Notes: a model not told the origin generated them from the sequence alone. A stretch of DNA of 56,225 bases from Neoconidiobolus thromboides FSU 785 (GCA_025603075.1 MU626393.1:1-56225); one strand, 5' to 3'; numbered from the stretch's first letter, positions 1 through 13,789 are shown. Numbers and translations: made by a program.

Positions 1-1692
1 ATTAGTTGAATTAACTGTGATATTGTTTGTAATAGAATCAATATTAAATTCAGTTATCTCTCTATTTAGATTTACTTTAGTAGTCTTATTAGTTGAAGCA
101 GCAGTGTTATTACAACGACATAATACTATTGCTTCATTATAATGACTAAATTCAGCTTCAAAACTATGAACTGAATTAGTATAAATTGAGTTCATTTCCC
201 AGATTCCATATTCATCTCCATTTTTAGTATTAGGTAAAGATAAGTTTAAGGAAGATAAGAAAGTAGGACGTAGAGTTAATTCGATTGAACTATATTTCCT
301 AAACCATTTCCATCTTTTATATTTATTTCTTGAATAATTCAATAAAATAGCTGATATGATAATAAATAAAATTACAGCAAGTACAATTCTAACGACATCT
401 GATATAGTTAAATATAAATATGAATTTGAATTATATCTTTTTCTGTAATAAATCATAGCTTCATTTGGTGTATACAATTGACTAAAATCTTTATTCTCTC
501 TTTTTATTACTGGTTCAATTGTATCATCCAATTTAATTGTTTTCTTTTTCAAACCAAGCGTTCATAAATCAATTGTAATAACATATATTAATTATCGCTG
601 ATGTTAATATCCCCATAAAAGTATACCATTTTATCGCCAATTAATTCACTTGAATACCACGCTCTACCAACGTCAAATAAATTATTGTTAAAACCCTTTA
701 TGGTAATTCATATCTATTACCAATTGGTCAAACCTAATAGCACTATATTATTGTACAAAACATCATAGTCATTTACTTTACCTATATAATCACAAACCAA
801 TATAGAATTCATATCAGATAAATAAATATCAGAGCGTCCCATTCTTACTCTATCATCATAATCCTTCGTTTCTATTTTCTTATACAATCCCAAACCTATA
901 TTATACATATGGATATTTTCTAAATTTTCTATTGCTGATTTTTGGAATCATCTGTGTAGTTTGGACTGAAGTCATTTCCACATTCTATGTCGTCAAACTT
1001 TTTATAAGATACGCCACCAAGTATAATCATAGTAAATGTATGAAAAACATTAGGTGTCATGTTTGAATCAATTTCGACTCTAGCGTGGAAAGGGTTATTA
1101 TAGTTTGAGTCAAAAACTATTAAAATTTTACTTGTAGGAATATTAGTCTTTAGGCTTGATTTTTAACTGCCATAAGTAAATAAACTATTCTTTACATTTG
1201 TTATCAATCTACCACTGTAATTATCTGTGGAATACTCAGGCTTGCTATTTTTAATAGTCAATATTTTTCTCTCTAAACTAATTGTATACAGTAATAAAAA
1301 TTTGTCTTTTGCATTATTACATTTGTTATATGAATGAAGTTTATTTAACACTGTTATGACATTTGAATTGTTTTATGTGAGAAGAAAGTCAAAGCTATTG
1401 TTTATAAAATCACTTTTTAAATTCACATTTGAGTAAATTTGATTCAAGTTAATAGTTAAAGTTAAATTGACTAAAAAGCAACTATTTTTTGAGCTTCTCT
1501 CTTTGTCATCTGCTTCTCTCACTATTAATTTGTTTTTTTTTGATTGTATTATGAGTTAACAATGTTTGACCATATAATATTATGATACATTTTATAAACT
1601 CTGTTATCACTCTTGGTTTTCTCAAATCCTTTGTTTGTTACACTCATTGATGGCAACAAAAATAAAATTACTATATTCACACTATACATCAT
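1..1692 (-). pseudogene. Decayed Kelch-repeat, single-TM surface protein gene (runs off the left edge)
   Basis: Minus strand: signal-like start MMYSVNIVILFLLPSMSV (ATG 1692) and Kelch-like pieces (HTFTMIILGGVSY; RAWYSSELIGDKMVYFYG). A stop-free frame from ~552 to base 1 includes the TM stretch IVLAVILFIIISAILL. In-frame stops lie between the pieces, so it is a pseudogene or has introns I could not resolve. Confidence 0.45.
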
Positions 1693-2603
1693 TTATTGCT
1701 TTATTTTTTCAATTGTGATGTATAGTTATTCCCTCAAGTAATACTCTTCCTTGTTTATATTTAAACATAAGCTAAACATCTAGTCTCAATATTGATTAAA
1801 TTAAATAAAAGGTTAAGGGATAGCTATGCTTATTATAACTAAATAATATTATCCATTGTAAAGCTGTTGAATCATAGGAAAACCTCTAGCTTGGCAAAGT
1901 TTTACTCACGATCCCAATCCTTCAGTGTTAGTTTTTCGGAAAATTACAGGATAAATGGTATGAAAGCTTCCATTTTATAAAATTTCAACTTAAGTCATAT
2001 AAACTATTCTTTGTTAGCATTTAATTAGTGAATGTTGAATTCTAAAATGGATAAAGATAAAAATAAAACATAGAAGTAGGAAGACGCACCCCTATACAGA
2101 ATTGACCAATTCCTACATAAATCAAACTAGGGAAGTTGTCTATTGATTCTAACGAAATTTAAAATTTAGGTAAACTTATAAACATTACAACTATTACAAT
2201 CTTTTCGCGACCTAATCAACCGCTCATTTAGGAATAAAAATTATATCAAAAGTTATTTCTATACAGATCAGATTTAAAACTTGGATATGAATATTTGACT
2301 ATAAAAAATAACTCTGAAAATCACAAGGGAGTTCCAATAGGTACAACCATTGGGAAATATGAATTTAGCATTTGTGCTATTTTACATTTCAAAAATTGAA
2401 TAAAGAAAATTATAGCTTTTTATTGTTTAAGCTATTAGTAGATTTAAGATGTATGTATTTGAAACATTACAATAGATTAAAGCACATTACATAGTTCAAC
2501 TTATATTTAATTTATTTTAGTTTATTTCTCTTAAATCCATTTTTTCTAAACGTATTATTTTATCATAGTTGTAAAGTTTTTCAAATAAATAAACTGATCA
2601 AGT

Positions 2604-2709
2604 ATATGGGGCTGTTTTTTTTAGTTTCATTATTTTTCCATTTTTTAAGCACTATTTATGTGGAAAAATTGTCAGTAAAATTCTTAAATACAAAAATACA
2701 TCCCCATAT
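2604..2709 (+). mobile_element. ~105 bp MITE copy
   Basis: atat-GGGG...CCCC-atat ends; core TTTAAGCACTATTTATGTGGAAAA. Confidence 0.85.
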
Positions 2710-3429
2710 CTATTTAAAAACAAAACCTTTTTTTACGACAAAATTTCACTAGCGTTTCCCCAAAGGATATAAAGACATGATCTCTTTAATAAAAACTACA
2801 GATTCATCCTATTTTAGTCAATAATTAGACTGAACATTTAAAACATAAAAAAAGAATATATAACTAAAATAAATGAACTTATAGTTTTAAATATATGGTG
2901 TTGTTGAAGAAATAGGGTAAAAAGATGTATAACCTATATTTATTGATATCTACATTATTACCGCTATTGATGAACCTAACGAGTAGAGCGCTTAAAAAAG
3001 CCCAAAAGATAATAAAGGATTTATAAAATGTAGCATAATATTGTATGGTCAAACGCTATTAGTTCATACTACACTAAAAAGGAGAGAGATAAATTGTGAA
3101 AGAGAAGTAATTGGTGAGGGAATAAACTTAAACAGTCACCTTTTAATCATCTTAACTTTTGTTCAAATATAAGCTCAGTGATAAATTTTATTAGTAATGC
3201 ATTTGAGTTGTATTTTTATATGTAAAAAAATAATTTAAATGCAATAATAGACAGATTTCATTCCAGATCAAACCCAAGCATAAATTGAATAGATTTAGAA
3301 TTGTTTGCAATTAACTTAGATAAAGAAAATGGATAATTAAGGTTAGATTATTTGTATGTTATCAAGAAAATTTACTGGCAGATTGATTATAAGTGTAGGT
3401 GATACACTATTTTTATAGCGATTCTTCAT

Positions 3430-4330
3430 TAGATTTTAAAACCCATTTTTATCTATTAGTTAATGAAGTCATAATGTTCTGCACATCCGAACATCATTTT
3501 TAGGCTATTGGTGCTGCTTTTCTTCCTAATATGCCTCTCAATGGATCTCATATAGCTACTATGATCAATTCTACTACTAAGGCTATAATTGGTCGTATGC
3601 CTTATAAGAAACTTTGGTATGTGGATGTTCTTTTTCATCACTTTTTCCATTTTTTAAGCACTGTTTGAGTGGAAGATCATTAGTAAGATTCTCAAAAAAA
3701 ATATTCCTATATAGAACCTGAAAGTGAACATTCAAACCAAATTTACTCTATAGAGCTAATGATATAAAATTAGGTATATTTACTATATAATATATGTGAA
3801 AGCTTATGAAAGAATAAAAACAAAGGATTTTGATAATATAATAAGGGTGTGATGTTTAGCTACTTATTTACCTGATTTGAATTATGTATTGGTTTATAGT
3901 GATACAGACAAAATAAAAGACTACAATATTTTGTACAATCCCATACAAATTATAAACTTAACCGATTAGAAATGGACGAGAATTAATATTATCACTTTTA
4001 GTAGTGAGATACTTAATATTAACAGAGCATAACATTCAAGTAAGTTTATTGATGATTAGCATCATATTGCTTATCACTCATATTAATGTCTTCATGAAAG
4101 TATACCATTTTTTGTGATGAAGGAAAATGATTGAATCAAGCAATACAAGTGGGATAGTAATTTGAAAATGAATGAAGATTTCAGTCATCACATGCATTAA
4201 ATGAACATATAGAATATTAAAGCCAAATAGTAGCTTAGAAATGAATAAAGGTACTGGAGTTTAATTGGGATAGTTTTATTATTTATTATCATTTATAGGT
4301 TATATTGCTATTATAAGTAAAGGAAATAAA
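3430..4330 (+). pseudogene. Second decayed Kelch/TM paralog, interrupted by a MITE
   Basis: YERIKTKDFDNIIRV*CLATYLPDLNYVLVYSDTDKIKDYNILYN (from 3805) aligns with YKKIETKDYDDRVRMGRSDIYLSDMNSILVCDYIGKVNDYDVLYN of ORF 717..908. The upstream Kelch-like GSHIATMINSTTKAIIGRMPYKK is cut by the MITE at 3617; stops and frameshifts are present. Confidence 0.5.
3617..3712 (+). mobile_element. MITE copy, decayed ends
   Basis: GTGGATG...TTCCT ends; core TTTAAGCACTGTTTGAGTGGAAG. Confidence 0.75.
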
Positions 4331-4709
4331 ACAATAGTAAGAATAATTTGACCCTATACTTTTACCATTTAAACTCCTTAAAGCTATCCCAGGCTAACAA
4401 AAAGGTGAGTATGGATATGGGAACAAAATTCCCATTATTATAATTTTCCAGTTGAGGATTCAAACCTTGAATTAAATCAACTTAACGATCCAGCAATATT
4501 ATACCGTAATAGCACCGCTATTTCATTTGACAACTTATTTAAAGTAGATTCAAATGAAAGGACAGCTGTGTTTGATAATAATTCAAATATAAATAATACT
4601 ATTATTAATTTGATAGAAGACCTTAAATGAATTGTCATTTATACCACTACTATAAAAATTTTAGATAATTTTAAATCTAAGGACCAAATAGAAATCTATG
4701 CCAATCTTT

Positions 4710-4816
4710 AAATGGGGATGTTTTTTTTAGTTTCATTACTTTTTCCACCTTTTAAGCACTATTTGAGTAGAAAAATTATTGGTAAAATCCTTAAGCAAAC
4801 AAATACATCCCCAAAT
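4710..4816 (+). mobile_element. MITE copy with AAAT direct repeat
   Basis: aaat-GGGGATG...CATCCCC-aaat. Confidence 0.88.
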
Positions 4817-4885
4817 GCTAGCTTTTTCTTTTTATTAAACTTAAGGAATATCATATAAATAAATTTCATATATGATCCGATCATT

Positions 4886-4992
4886 ATATGGGAGTGTTTT
4901 TTTTGACTTCATTGTTTTTTCCACTTTTTAAGCGCTATTTAAGTAGAAAGATTATTAATAAAATTCTTAAACACAAAAATACATCCCCATAT
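4886..4992 (+). mobile_element. MITE copy
   Basis: atat-GGGAGTG...CATCCCC-atat; core AAGCGCTATTTAAGTAGAAAG. Confidence 0.85.
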
Positions 4993-5213
4993 TATATTTA
5001 AATTGTATGAGTAGAATAGAGCAAAAACAAAACATTTTAAATTGACACATTGTATGATTGTTAGTTTATTAAATTCTATTAAAGAAGTCTACAAAGTTTG
5101 CTTTCTTGAAGTATTTATTTAAATATAAAAAGTGTATTTTGAAAAACTAGATAGAACTAAATAACATTAATTTTTAAAACTTTACTTTATTTAATATTTA
5201 TTTAAATCATATT

Positions 5214-5315
5214 AAATGGGTTTTTTTTTGATTTCATTGTTTTTACATTTTTAAGCGCTATTTGAGTAGAAAGATTATTAGTAAAATTCTCAAATACAAA
5301 AATACATCCCCAAAC
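5214..5315 (+). mobile_element. MITE copy
   Basis: aaat-GGG...CATCCCC-aaac; core AAGCGCTATTTGAGTAGAAAG. Confidence 0.8.
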
Positions 5316-6776
5316 ACTTAAATAGTTTTGATATAAAATATAAATGAGATCAGTAAGTCCATAGAATAAAGGAGTTGAAGTAGTGCTAACTAAGGATATT
5401 TACGTAAATCTATTTTATATCTTCAAAATAGATCACATTCCAAGCTTTGTATTTATTGAATTATTTATTTCCAAGGTATCTAATGGGAACGTTTACTATA
5501 TCAAAAAAAGTATTAGTGCTTTGAGCTTTAGCTCCTAACAAAAAATCTCAATGTGATACACGTCAAAGTTATATCTACACTTTAATACATAACAACTCGA
5601 TTAACACTAAACTCGAAAACCATAATATTAATAAACTATATAAATCTGTGTAAAAAATAAAAATAACAAGCTTCACAATTTAAATATTTTATCAGGTTTG
5701 GGTCAAAAGCACCTCATAATATTTGCTCCTTTTTTTCGTATTTTAGAAATCAATAATTCAATCTTAAATTTGCATATATACAAAGAATACCTTACACAAT
5801 AAATTAAATAAACAATCCTGCTTATCTTGCTTTTAAGTACTTCTATTTATTTGTTCTATTGATTTTTTGACTTCTTCATATAAAAATAAATTTGACTTCA
5901 AAAGTATTAAAAATTTAAAGATAAGACTCATGAAAAATAATGTATAAAAAGCAAGGCCAAAAAGCTGTTTAGTTTTAAAATATTTTTAATTTTAGGATGA
6001 AATTAACTACAGCTCGAAAATGAAACTAAATCTAACAAGTTTATTATTATTAAAAAGGGACTTCTCTTTTGATATCTGGTTTTTAATGTCTTTTGTTTTT
6101 CATTAAATATTTGACAAAATAACACTATTTTTGACTATAACTTACTAGTTATTTTAAAACAGTCGCAAAGATAAAATAATAAATTAAGTTCTTAAAAAAA
6201 TGGCCATTTACAGTATTTACATGCTGTTGTACTTTGATAATTGGTTTAAAACAGCCTGAGCAACTCCAGCCTAATCCAATTAAAAAGTTATTAGTGGCAT
6301 TCACTGTTAATCATTGGTTAAATTAATTTGCCCATTTTAGTTCTAGTTGATTAAAGTGATAATGATTGCGATTTAGTATTGCCTACTATTTTAAAAATAA
6401 TTTTAAATTCAGAGCAATCTCAAACAATTGGAAAAGTTAGCACAGTTATACAAAAATTGAAGCTATGAGCTCACTTTTCAAAAACTTACACGTTGATGTA
6501 TCCAATTATCAGATTTCAACCAATGAGAGAAGGCTTTCTAACTATAATGACTCTTATCAATGTTAGATTTGTACTCACTTTTTAATAAATTGCCAAATCT
6601 CTTAAGCTTGAAAAATTTCGATAAAGAAAAAAGTGAGGAAAGTAATTCCGTTAATGGAACCAAATAATAGTGCAAAAAGCTAAGCGCATTAAAAAAAGCA
6701 AGCAAATTGCTTCAATTAAAACTTTTACTTTGATAACTTTTTTATATTATTAAGAATCTATTATTTTATATAAATT

Positions 6777-7662
6777 ATGAATCCAGAATAGTATGTTTTA
6801 TAGGTCATAATAATTAAATAAACTAACATTTTTGTACTTGTTTGTAGCGACTATCTATTTAAACTTTTATTAATTGGTGACTCCGGTGTTGGTAAATCTT
6901 GTTTATTACTCCGTTTTGCTGATGACACTTATACCGAGTCCTATATTTCCACCATCGGTGTTGATTTTGTAATTATACTTTAACTGTTCAAAAAATACAT
7001 ATTAGCTAACCTCAATCAATATTTTAGAAAATTCGTACTATCGAACTTGAAGGAAAAACCGTTAAACTTCAAATTGTAAGTTTAAATCATAAAATGATCA
7101 AAAAAATACTAAATTTATAAAGTGGGATACCGCCGGTCAAGAACGTTTCCGTACTATTACTTCATCCTATTATCGTGGCGCCCATGGTATTATTGTAGTA
7201 TATGATGTAACAGATCAAGACTCATTTGCCAATGTAAAACAATGGTTACAAGAAATTGAGCGTTATGCTTCAGAAGGTGTTTCAAAATTACTAGTTGGTA
7301 ATAAGAATGATTTAGTTGACAAAAAAGTAGTAGAAACAGAGACTGCTAAGGTATAATTAGATTTGAATTCAAAAGCAACTATAATAAATGTTTTTATTTA
7401 GGATTTCGCTGATAGTATCTCTATTCCATTCTTAGAAACTTCAGCTAAAGAAGCTACCAACGTTGAACAAGCTTTCTTAACTATGGCTAAACAAATTAAA
7501 GACAGGTAAAACAAAAACTAGTTGTAGTAAAAGAGTACTAACAGTAACAAATTAATTAGAATGGGCTCCTCTGCTGCCAATATGGCTGGAAATAAATCTC
7601 AAATTAAACTTCAACCTGGAGCAGCTGTACCAAAACAACAATCTAGTTCAGGATGTTGTTAA
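6777..7662 (+). CDS. YPT1: Rab1/Ypt1 small GTPase (multi-exon)
   Basis: Spliced MNPEY|[72 protein letters not shown]; ends GCC (prenylation motif); GT-AG introns. Confidence 0.97.
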
Positions 7663-8189
7663 ATAAGGTCGCTAATTTCTTTAAAGGAGTCCTTAATACG
7701 TTGACCTATAAACCACTTTTTACTAAAGCATAAAGCTAATTCTTTGTTCAAATTTTATTATATAAATAGCTTTTTTTAGGATATTTTGTTTATTTACTTT
7801 ATGACTGTTATTAAGATTTATTTTTGACCCGCTTTATTATTTTACTTGATTGATAATACTAATAGTGATGTATTATATATATTAAGTTAGATGTTTTTAT
7901 GATATATGATAATATCATAATAGTATGCATATCGATTATAATATGCTATATCATATAGCATTTATATTATGTTAATAAATACTTCCAATATTAAGTTATC
8001 TTTATAGCTGTATAATTTATATTCAAGCTTATTAACTTTAATTTCCTAACAAAAATAACTTAAGCCACAAAAATAAATCAAGAATGAATTCATACCAATC
8101 AAACTAGGAATAAAAAATAGGGAAAACTATCACGTAAACACTTAGAAAGCTGATTAAATTTGTTTTTTATATTTTTATTTTTTTCAAAA

Positions 8190-9495
8190 ATGACTTTATA
8201 TTGGCTTATCAGTTTACCCACAAGAGTCAATGGGAATCAACGATCTGGTGATAAAAGTATGGCTTTATCCAACTTGCGTACTTTAGTTTCCGAAGTCGAT
8301 CCTACCGCTGGTTCAGAATTAGCTTCTTTAACTTTACCAGAACTTAAGGTAAATTTATTTAAATTTGATAATAATAAAATATCATTAACGATTAAAATAA
8401 CAGGTAGGTACTTTAGACAGTTTAGTTATCCTATCTGATGAGTTAGCCAAATATGACACTACTTTTGAAGGTATATTATTAAAGCTTGTCGACACTTTAA
8501 GAAACAACCTTAAAAATGGCCACGGAAACAACTTAGGTACATTAAAAGATTATCTGAAAATAAACAACCGTACCGTAGATGATTATTTACGTTCTTTCCA
8601 ATGGAATAGTATGAAATACCGTACGGATAAATCATTAAAAGAAATAACTACCAATATCCAAACTGAAGTCACTAATTTAGACACTCAACTAAAACATAAA
8701 TCCACCCAATATCAAACCATCCGTAATTCCATGGTCAGTTATGAAAGAAGAATGACGGGTAATCTATCAGTACGTAGTTTAACCGAAGTAGTTGGGCCTG
8801 AGCACTCAATTTCTGGCTCTGAGTTTTTAACCTCAGTGTTTGTAGCAGTGCCAAATAACCAAGTAAAGGAGTGGGAATCTAGTTATGAAACTATATCTAC
8901 TATGGTGGTACCAAGATCTAGTATTAAGATTGCTGAAGATTCAGAATTTACTTTGTATTCAGCAGTAGTATTTAAAAAGGTAGCACAAGAGTTTTCTAAA
9001 GGATGTCGTGAACGTAAATTTGTGGTTAGGGACTTTGAATACTCAGAAGAAAAGAATGAAGAGACTAAAAAGGAAATTGAAAGAGTAACTAAGTTGGAAG
9101 TAGAACTTTGGCGTGGATTATTACAATGGTGTCAAGTTACTTTTGGGGATGCGTTTTCAGCTTGGATTCATATTAAGGTCCTTCGTGCCTTTACAGAATC
9201 TGTACTTCGTTATGGTCTGCCCCCAGATTATGTATTTTCAGTAATTAAGGTAAGTTTATTATTATTAAATTAAATGATATTTATATTAATGTTTTATTAG
9301 CCAAGAAATGAAGGCAAACTTCATAAAAAGTTAATTGAGCATTATGGATATTTGGCAGGTTCTCGAGGTGGAGTGCATGACGATGACAATAATGATTCTG
9401 AATTTGCTTCTGTACCTGGTGTTTTTGATGACCAAAATTATTCACCTTATACTCATTTTGCTTTTAATTGGAATGCCGAAGAAAGTCAAGATTAA
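8190..9495 (+). CDS. VMA5: V-type H+-ATPase V1 subunit C
   Basis: MTLYWLISLP...LPELK|VGTLDSLVILSDELAKYD, FQWNSMKY, TGNLSVRSL, HIKVLRAFTESVLRYGLPPDY; two introns. Confidence 0.95.
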
Positions 9496-9779
9496 ATTTT
9501 ATTAGAAAAAAGAGAAAGCAAATACAAATAGCATACATTTTATTTTATTATTTTTTTGATAATTTACTTTATATATTAATATTTAAGATAACTCATTAAA
9601 ATTAAAATTAAAACTAAAATCATTTAAATCTTATATATATTTATATATTTCATTTAAATAGTTAAGATAGGCGAAAGAAAAAAATCTTGAGTGTAATTTT
9701 AAAGCAAATAATCTTAAAAACAAAAAAAGTAAGCTTCTGTAAGCTTTGATTATTTACAAATAAAATGGAAACATTATCA

Positions 9780-10349
9780 TTAAGAGGAAGGAGAAGCAGC
9801 AGGTGCAGGGGTTTCATTTGAGGATGTATTACTTCCGCTGCTTTTCAATACAATTGGAACTATTAACAAACTATCAGTATTTTATCAGTAAATACTAAAA
9901 ATACTTACGTATGATGGCCAACAAAATGATAACTACTACAATAGCAATAATAATCTTAAGTTTGAAGTCTTTCCACCACATAGCTTTGCGTACCTTGTTA
10001 GCTCCACGCTTAAAGTGCATTGCGTTTTGGTTTAAATTTTCTAATAAAAGTTTATTAACAAGCTATTGTTTAAAAAGTAACTAGTATTATTTTGCTTTCT
10101 ACTCTTGATTTTTAGGTATGTTTGAAATACTTACCAGCTTTGTCATTCAAACTTTCTAAACGTTCTTGCTTTTCCATCACTTTATCAATATTTTCTTGCA
10201 TTATACCTACTACTTCGTCAACCTGTTGTTGAATCAACTTGGTCTTAGAAGAACCTGTTGGTGGCTGATTGTCATTATTTCCGGCTGGATAAGACCTAGA
10301 TTTTTTATTAGTATCGTATTAACTAATGCATTATAACCAATATTTACAT
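9780..10349 (-). CDS. SNC1: Synaptobrevin/VAMP R-SNARE (Snc1/2-like)
   Basis: [32 protein letters not shown]|...[20 protein letters not shown] then a TM helix. The start codon is inferred to be split AT|G by an intron (10349), so the start is less certain. Confidence 0.9.
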
Positions 10350-11208
10350 AATTTAATAGTATTAATTTAAAATATAAAAAATTGAAAAGTATTCTTTTTT
10401 TTACAATGCAAATAATCATCTTGTTCATTCTCATTTTTATTAGATACTTAATTAGCCACTCTTTTCTTAGTGATTAAAAATAAGTGGGATACTATTGGCT
10501 TCTTTCTCTGGTTGAAACTGAGTTTCTATTTCTTAGTTTAAACTTTAACTAATTCCAAGGCTTAAGATAATATAAATAGTTTTGCCGTAAATGTTATCAT
10601 TTTTTTATTCTTTAAAAATTTTATTTAAATATAATCTTATAGAAATATGCTATATTTTAAAAAGAATTTGATGTATAAAATTTTTTTATTGTTATAGATA
10701 TACTTTATTATTGTGAAAAACTTTCTAATATATTATGAAGTTAAATATTGAAAAACAATTTATAATCCTGAAAGCTTAAAGTAAAGTAATAGGAATACCA
10801 CATCTGAAGCCAAGTAATTATTTCATTTTATAATTCTTAAAATTTACAAACAAACTAAATATTTAAGTAAGCAAGTCATAGTTGTGATTAAAAGCCTACA
10901 ATAGACCCATCTTCATAATTTTGATATCGATTTAATTAAAAAGAACTATTAGTCATGATAAATTCAAATATTCCGGTTTTCAACTAATAAAACTAGGGAA
11001 ACGGTGATTAAGGAGTAACTCAAGGAGAAACTCTATACAAAAATTAAACGGATTTTACATAGGCTGTAAACCAATCAACTTAGAGCTATTAAAATTCATT
11101 ACTTTTAATTAGCTTTAATTCAAGTGCAGAAGCTACATCATAGTTTAAATTTTACATTAAAAATTATCTTTTTTATTAAGGAATCTATCTTATCTAAAAA
11201 TTAATAAA

Positions 11209-12615
11209 ATGAGTCAAGTTAAAACAGTACCATGCAAATATAAGACAGGGCGTACTTTAGGACAAGGAACATATGCGATCGTTAAAGGTAAATAGTAATA
11301 ACGCAGAAAGTCAATTTTATTAATATAAATTTATTACAGAGGCCATTCATGTAATATTAACAACCTACATAAAAAAGTAAAAATAACAAGTTTTAATTAT
11401 AACAGATAGAAACTGGAAAATACTATGCAGCTAAAGTGATGAATAAGAGGTTGATGGCTGGAAGAGAAAATATGATACGTAATGAAATTAGTATCCTTAA
11501 AAAAGTATCTCAAGGGAATAAAAATATTTTGACTTTGGTTGATTATTTTGAAACAGCTAATAATCGTAAGGCATTCCTTTAAGTTTTGGCTATCTAAACT
11601 AAACATCTTTTGTAGTTTATCTTATTACTGAATTAGCTACTGGTGGTGAATTATTTGATAGAATCTGTGATAAGGGCTCTTTCTTTGAGACAGATGCAGC
11701 TAAAATTATTTATACAATTGTAGAAGCTGTAGGATATCTCCACCAAAACGATATCGTACATAGAGGTAAATAAATGCACTATACAAAGAGAATACTAATA
11801 ACAAAATCCCTTAAATAGATTTGAAAGTAAAATTTAGCTAAAAAAATTTAAGTTTTCAGCATTTAATTTTAATTTTAGCCTGAAAATTTATTGTTTAAAA
11901 CTGATGATGAAGAAAGCGAATTGGTGATTGGTGACTTTGGTTTATCTCGTATCATTAATCAAGAGGAGTTTACTGCACTTACTACTACTTGCGGAACTCC
12001 TGGTTATATGGTAATAATGAATAAAAACAAGAGCAATAGAACAAACACTAATAATTTTTTAGGCACCTGAGATATTTTTAAAAAGTGGTCATGGGAAACC
12101 AGTGTAATTAATACATCAGATAGTAATATAAAATTTAGTAATAATTAAATAGAGATATGTGGGCCATTGGAGTCATTGCTTACTTTTTATTATGTGGCTA
12201 TCCACCATTCGACCAATCAGATGAAACAGTTGAAGTACAAGATATACTTAATGGTAACTTTAGCTTTGAACCTGAGAGGTATTGGGAGGATGTTAGTGAA
12301 ACAGCAAGGGATTTCATAAGAAATTTATTAGTAGTCCAACCAGAAGGTAGATTAACAGCAGAACAAGCGCTTTTACATCCCTGGTTACAATCTGTTATTA
12401 AAGAGAAAGATATACCCATCTTGGCCGAAGATACCAAGGAGGGCAATAACCTATTACCTACAGTCAAAGAGAACTTTAATGCTAGAAAAGCATTCAAGAG
12501 AGCTGTTGGTTTGGTTAAGGCCGTTAATCGTTTTAAAAAGTTATCACAAGCACCGATTGATGAAGACCTCTCTAAGGAAGGACAGCAGGTTTTAGCAAGA
12601 GATGATTCTAATTAA
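11209..12615 (+). CDS. CMK1: Ca2+/calmodulin-dependent kinase (CaMK1/Cmk family), 8 exons
   Basis: [67 protein letters not shown]; C-terminal CaM-binding-like [21 protein letters not shown]. Symbol is family-level. Confidence 0.95.
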
Positions 12616-12742
12616 AAATATGTTAGTTATAATTTTATTTTTATTTTTAAGTCTTTAGTAGAAAAAGTCAAGCTTAATTATTTTGGATTATAACAATTTG
12701 AAAAAATAATTTGCTTTTCAGTTTTAATATTTTTATAAAAAA

Positions 12743-13671
12743 ATGTCAGTAAATTTACAGATAAGCAGTGGCATCATCTATGTCGAAAAAAGATTTGATA
12801 AAGGCATAACATTAAGTAGTTTTAAAGTAAACACAAACAATAATAATGTGGAATAAATAAATAATAATTGTATTAAAATATAGAAAAGACTAGAGCCCAT
12901 CACTGGCATTTCAGTTTCAAACCAAATACTAAATTTATATAATGGGGAGCAATTAGTTCAAATAATGACCCCATTCAATGGCGAAACAGAAGACTCAATA
13001 ATGTTGGGTGCTTTTTATGTCGATGATGGGTATCGTGTGCAAGTAAGTGAATTATAAAATGATAATGAGATATAGTTTCTTAACAAATAAACAGGTGATT
13101 GATAGCTCTGGGAGTCAAAAACAGCAACAATACACGGACGTTAACCTGGTTAAAAAGTTCGAGTTGAGTAACGAGGAATATGAGAAGAGACAAGGTATTT
13201 ATAAGTGCAGATTAAATTCCAGATTAAATGATGTTTATAAATCTATTTAGATACTGTTCTAGCCTTTAAAAAGCGCAATCAGCTAGGTAAATTTTCTGAA
13301 AAAGAGCAGGAAATAAAAGAAGAAGAGACAGAGCCTAAAGATATGAGTGTAAATCAGAGATGTGAGATTAAAAATGAAGAGGATAGTATGGCAAAAAGAG
13401 GAACTATTAAATTTATTGGAAAAACTCAATTTAAGCCAGGTTACTGGGTTGGAGTTGAATTGGACGAACCTTATGGTAAAAACAATGGGAGGTAAGATGC
13501 TCATATTGACGATAGTATTGTTTTCATATTTTTGTTAGTGTAAATGAAGTTCCTTATTTTGAGTGTAGAGAAAAATACGGTCTGTTTGTTAAGCCATATA
13601 AAGTCAAAGTTGGGGATTACCCTCCCTTTAACATTGAGGATGATTTGTTTGATGAACTTGATGAGATATAG
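12743..13671 (+). CDS. TBCB: Tubulin-folding cofactor B (UBL + CAP-Gly)
   Basis: [14 protein letters not shown]|[10 protein letters not shown]...; [15 protein letters not shown]|[15 protein letters not shown]; CAP-Gly [32 protein letters not shown]; ends FDELDEI. Confidence 0.93.
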
Positions 13672-13789
13672 TTCAATTTTGTTAAATTAATAAAATAATA
13701 CAGCCCACTTTTAAGTAAATTTACTAGTTTACTTTTCATTTATAAAAAGCGAAAATTTATTTTGTTTTCCTTTTTTTCAAAAGTATAGA

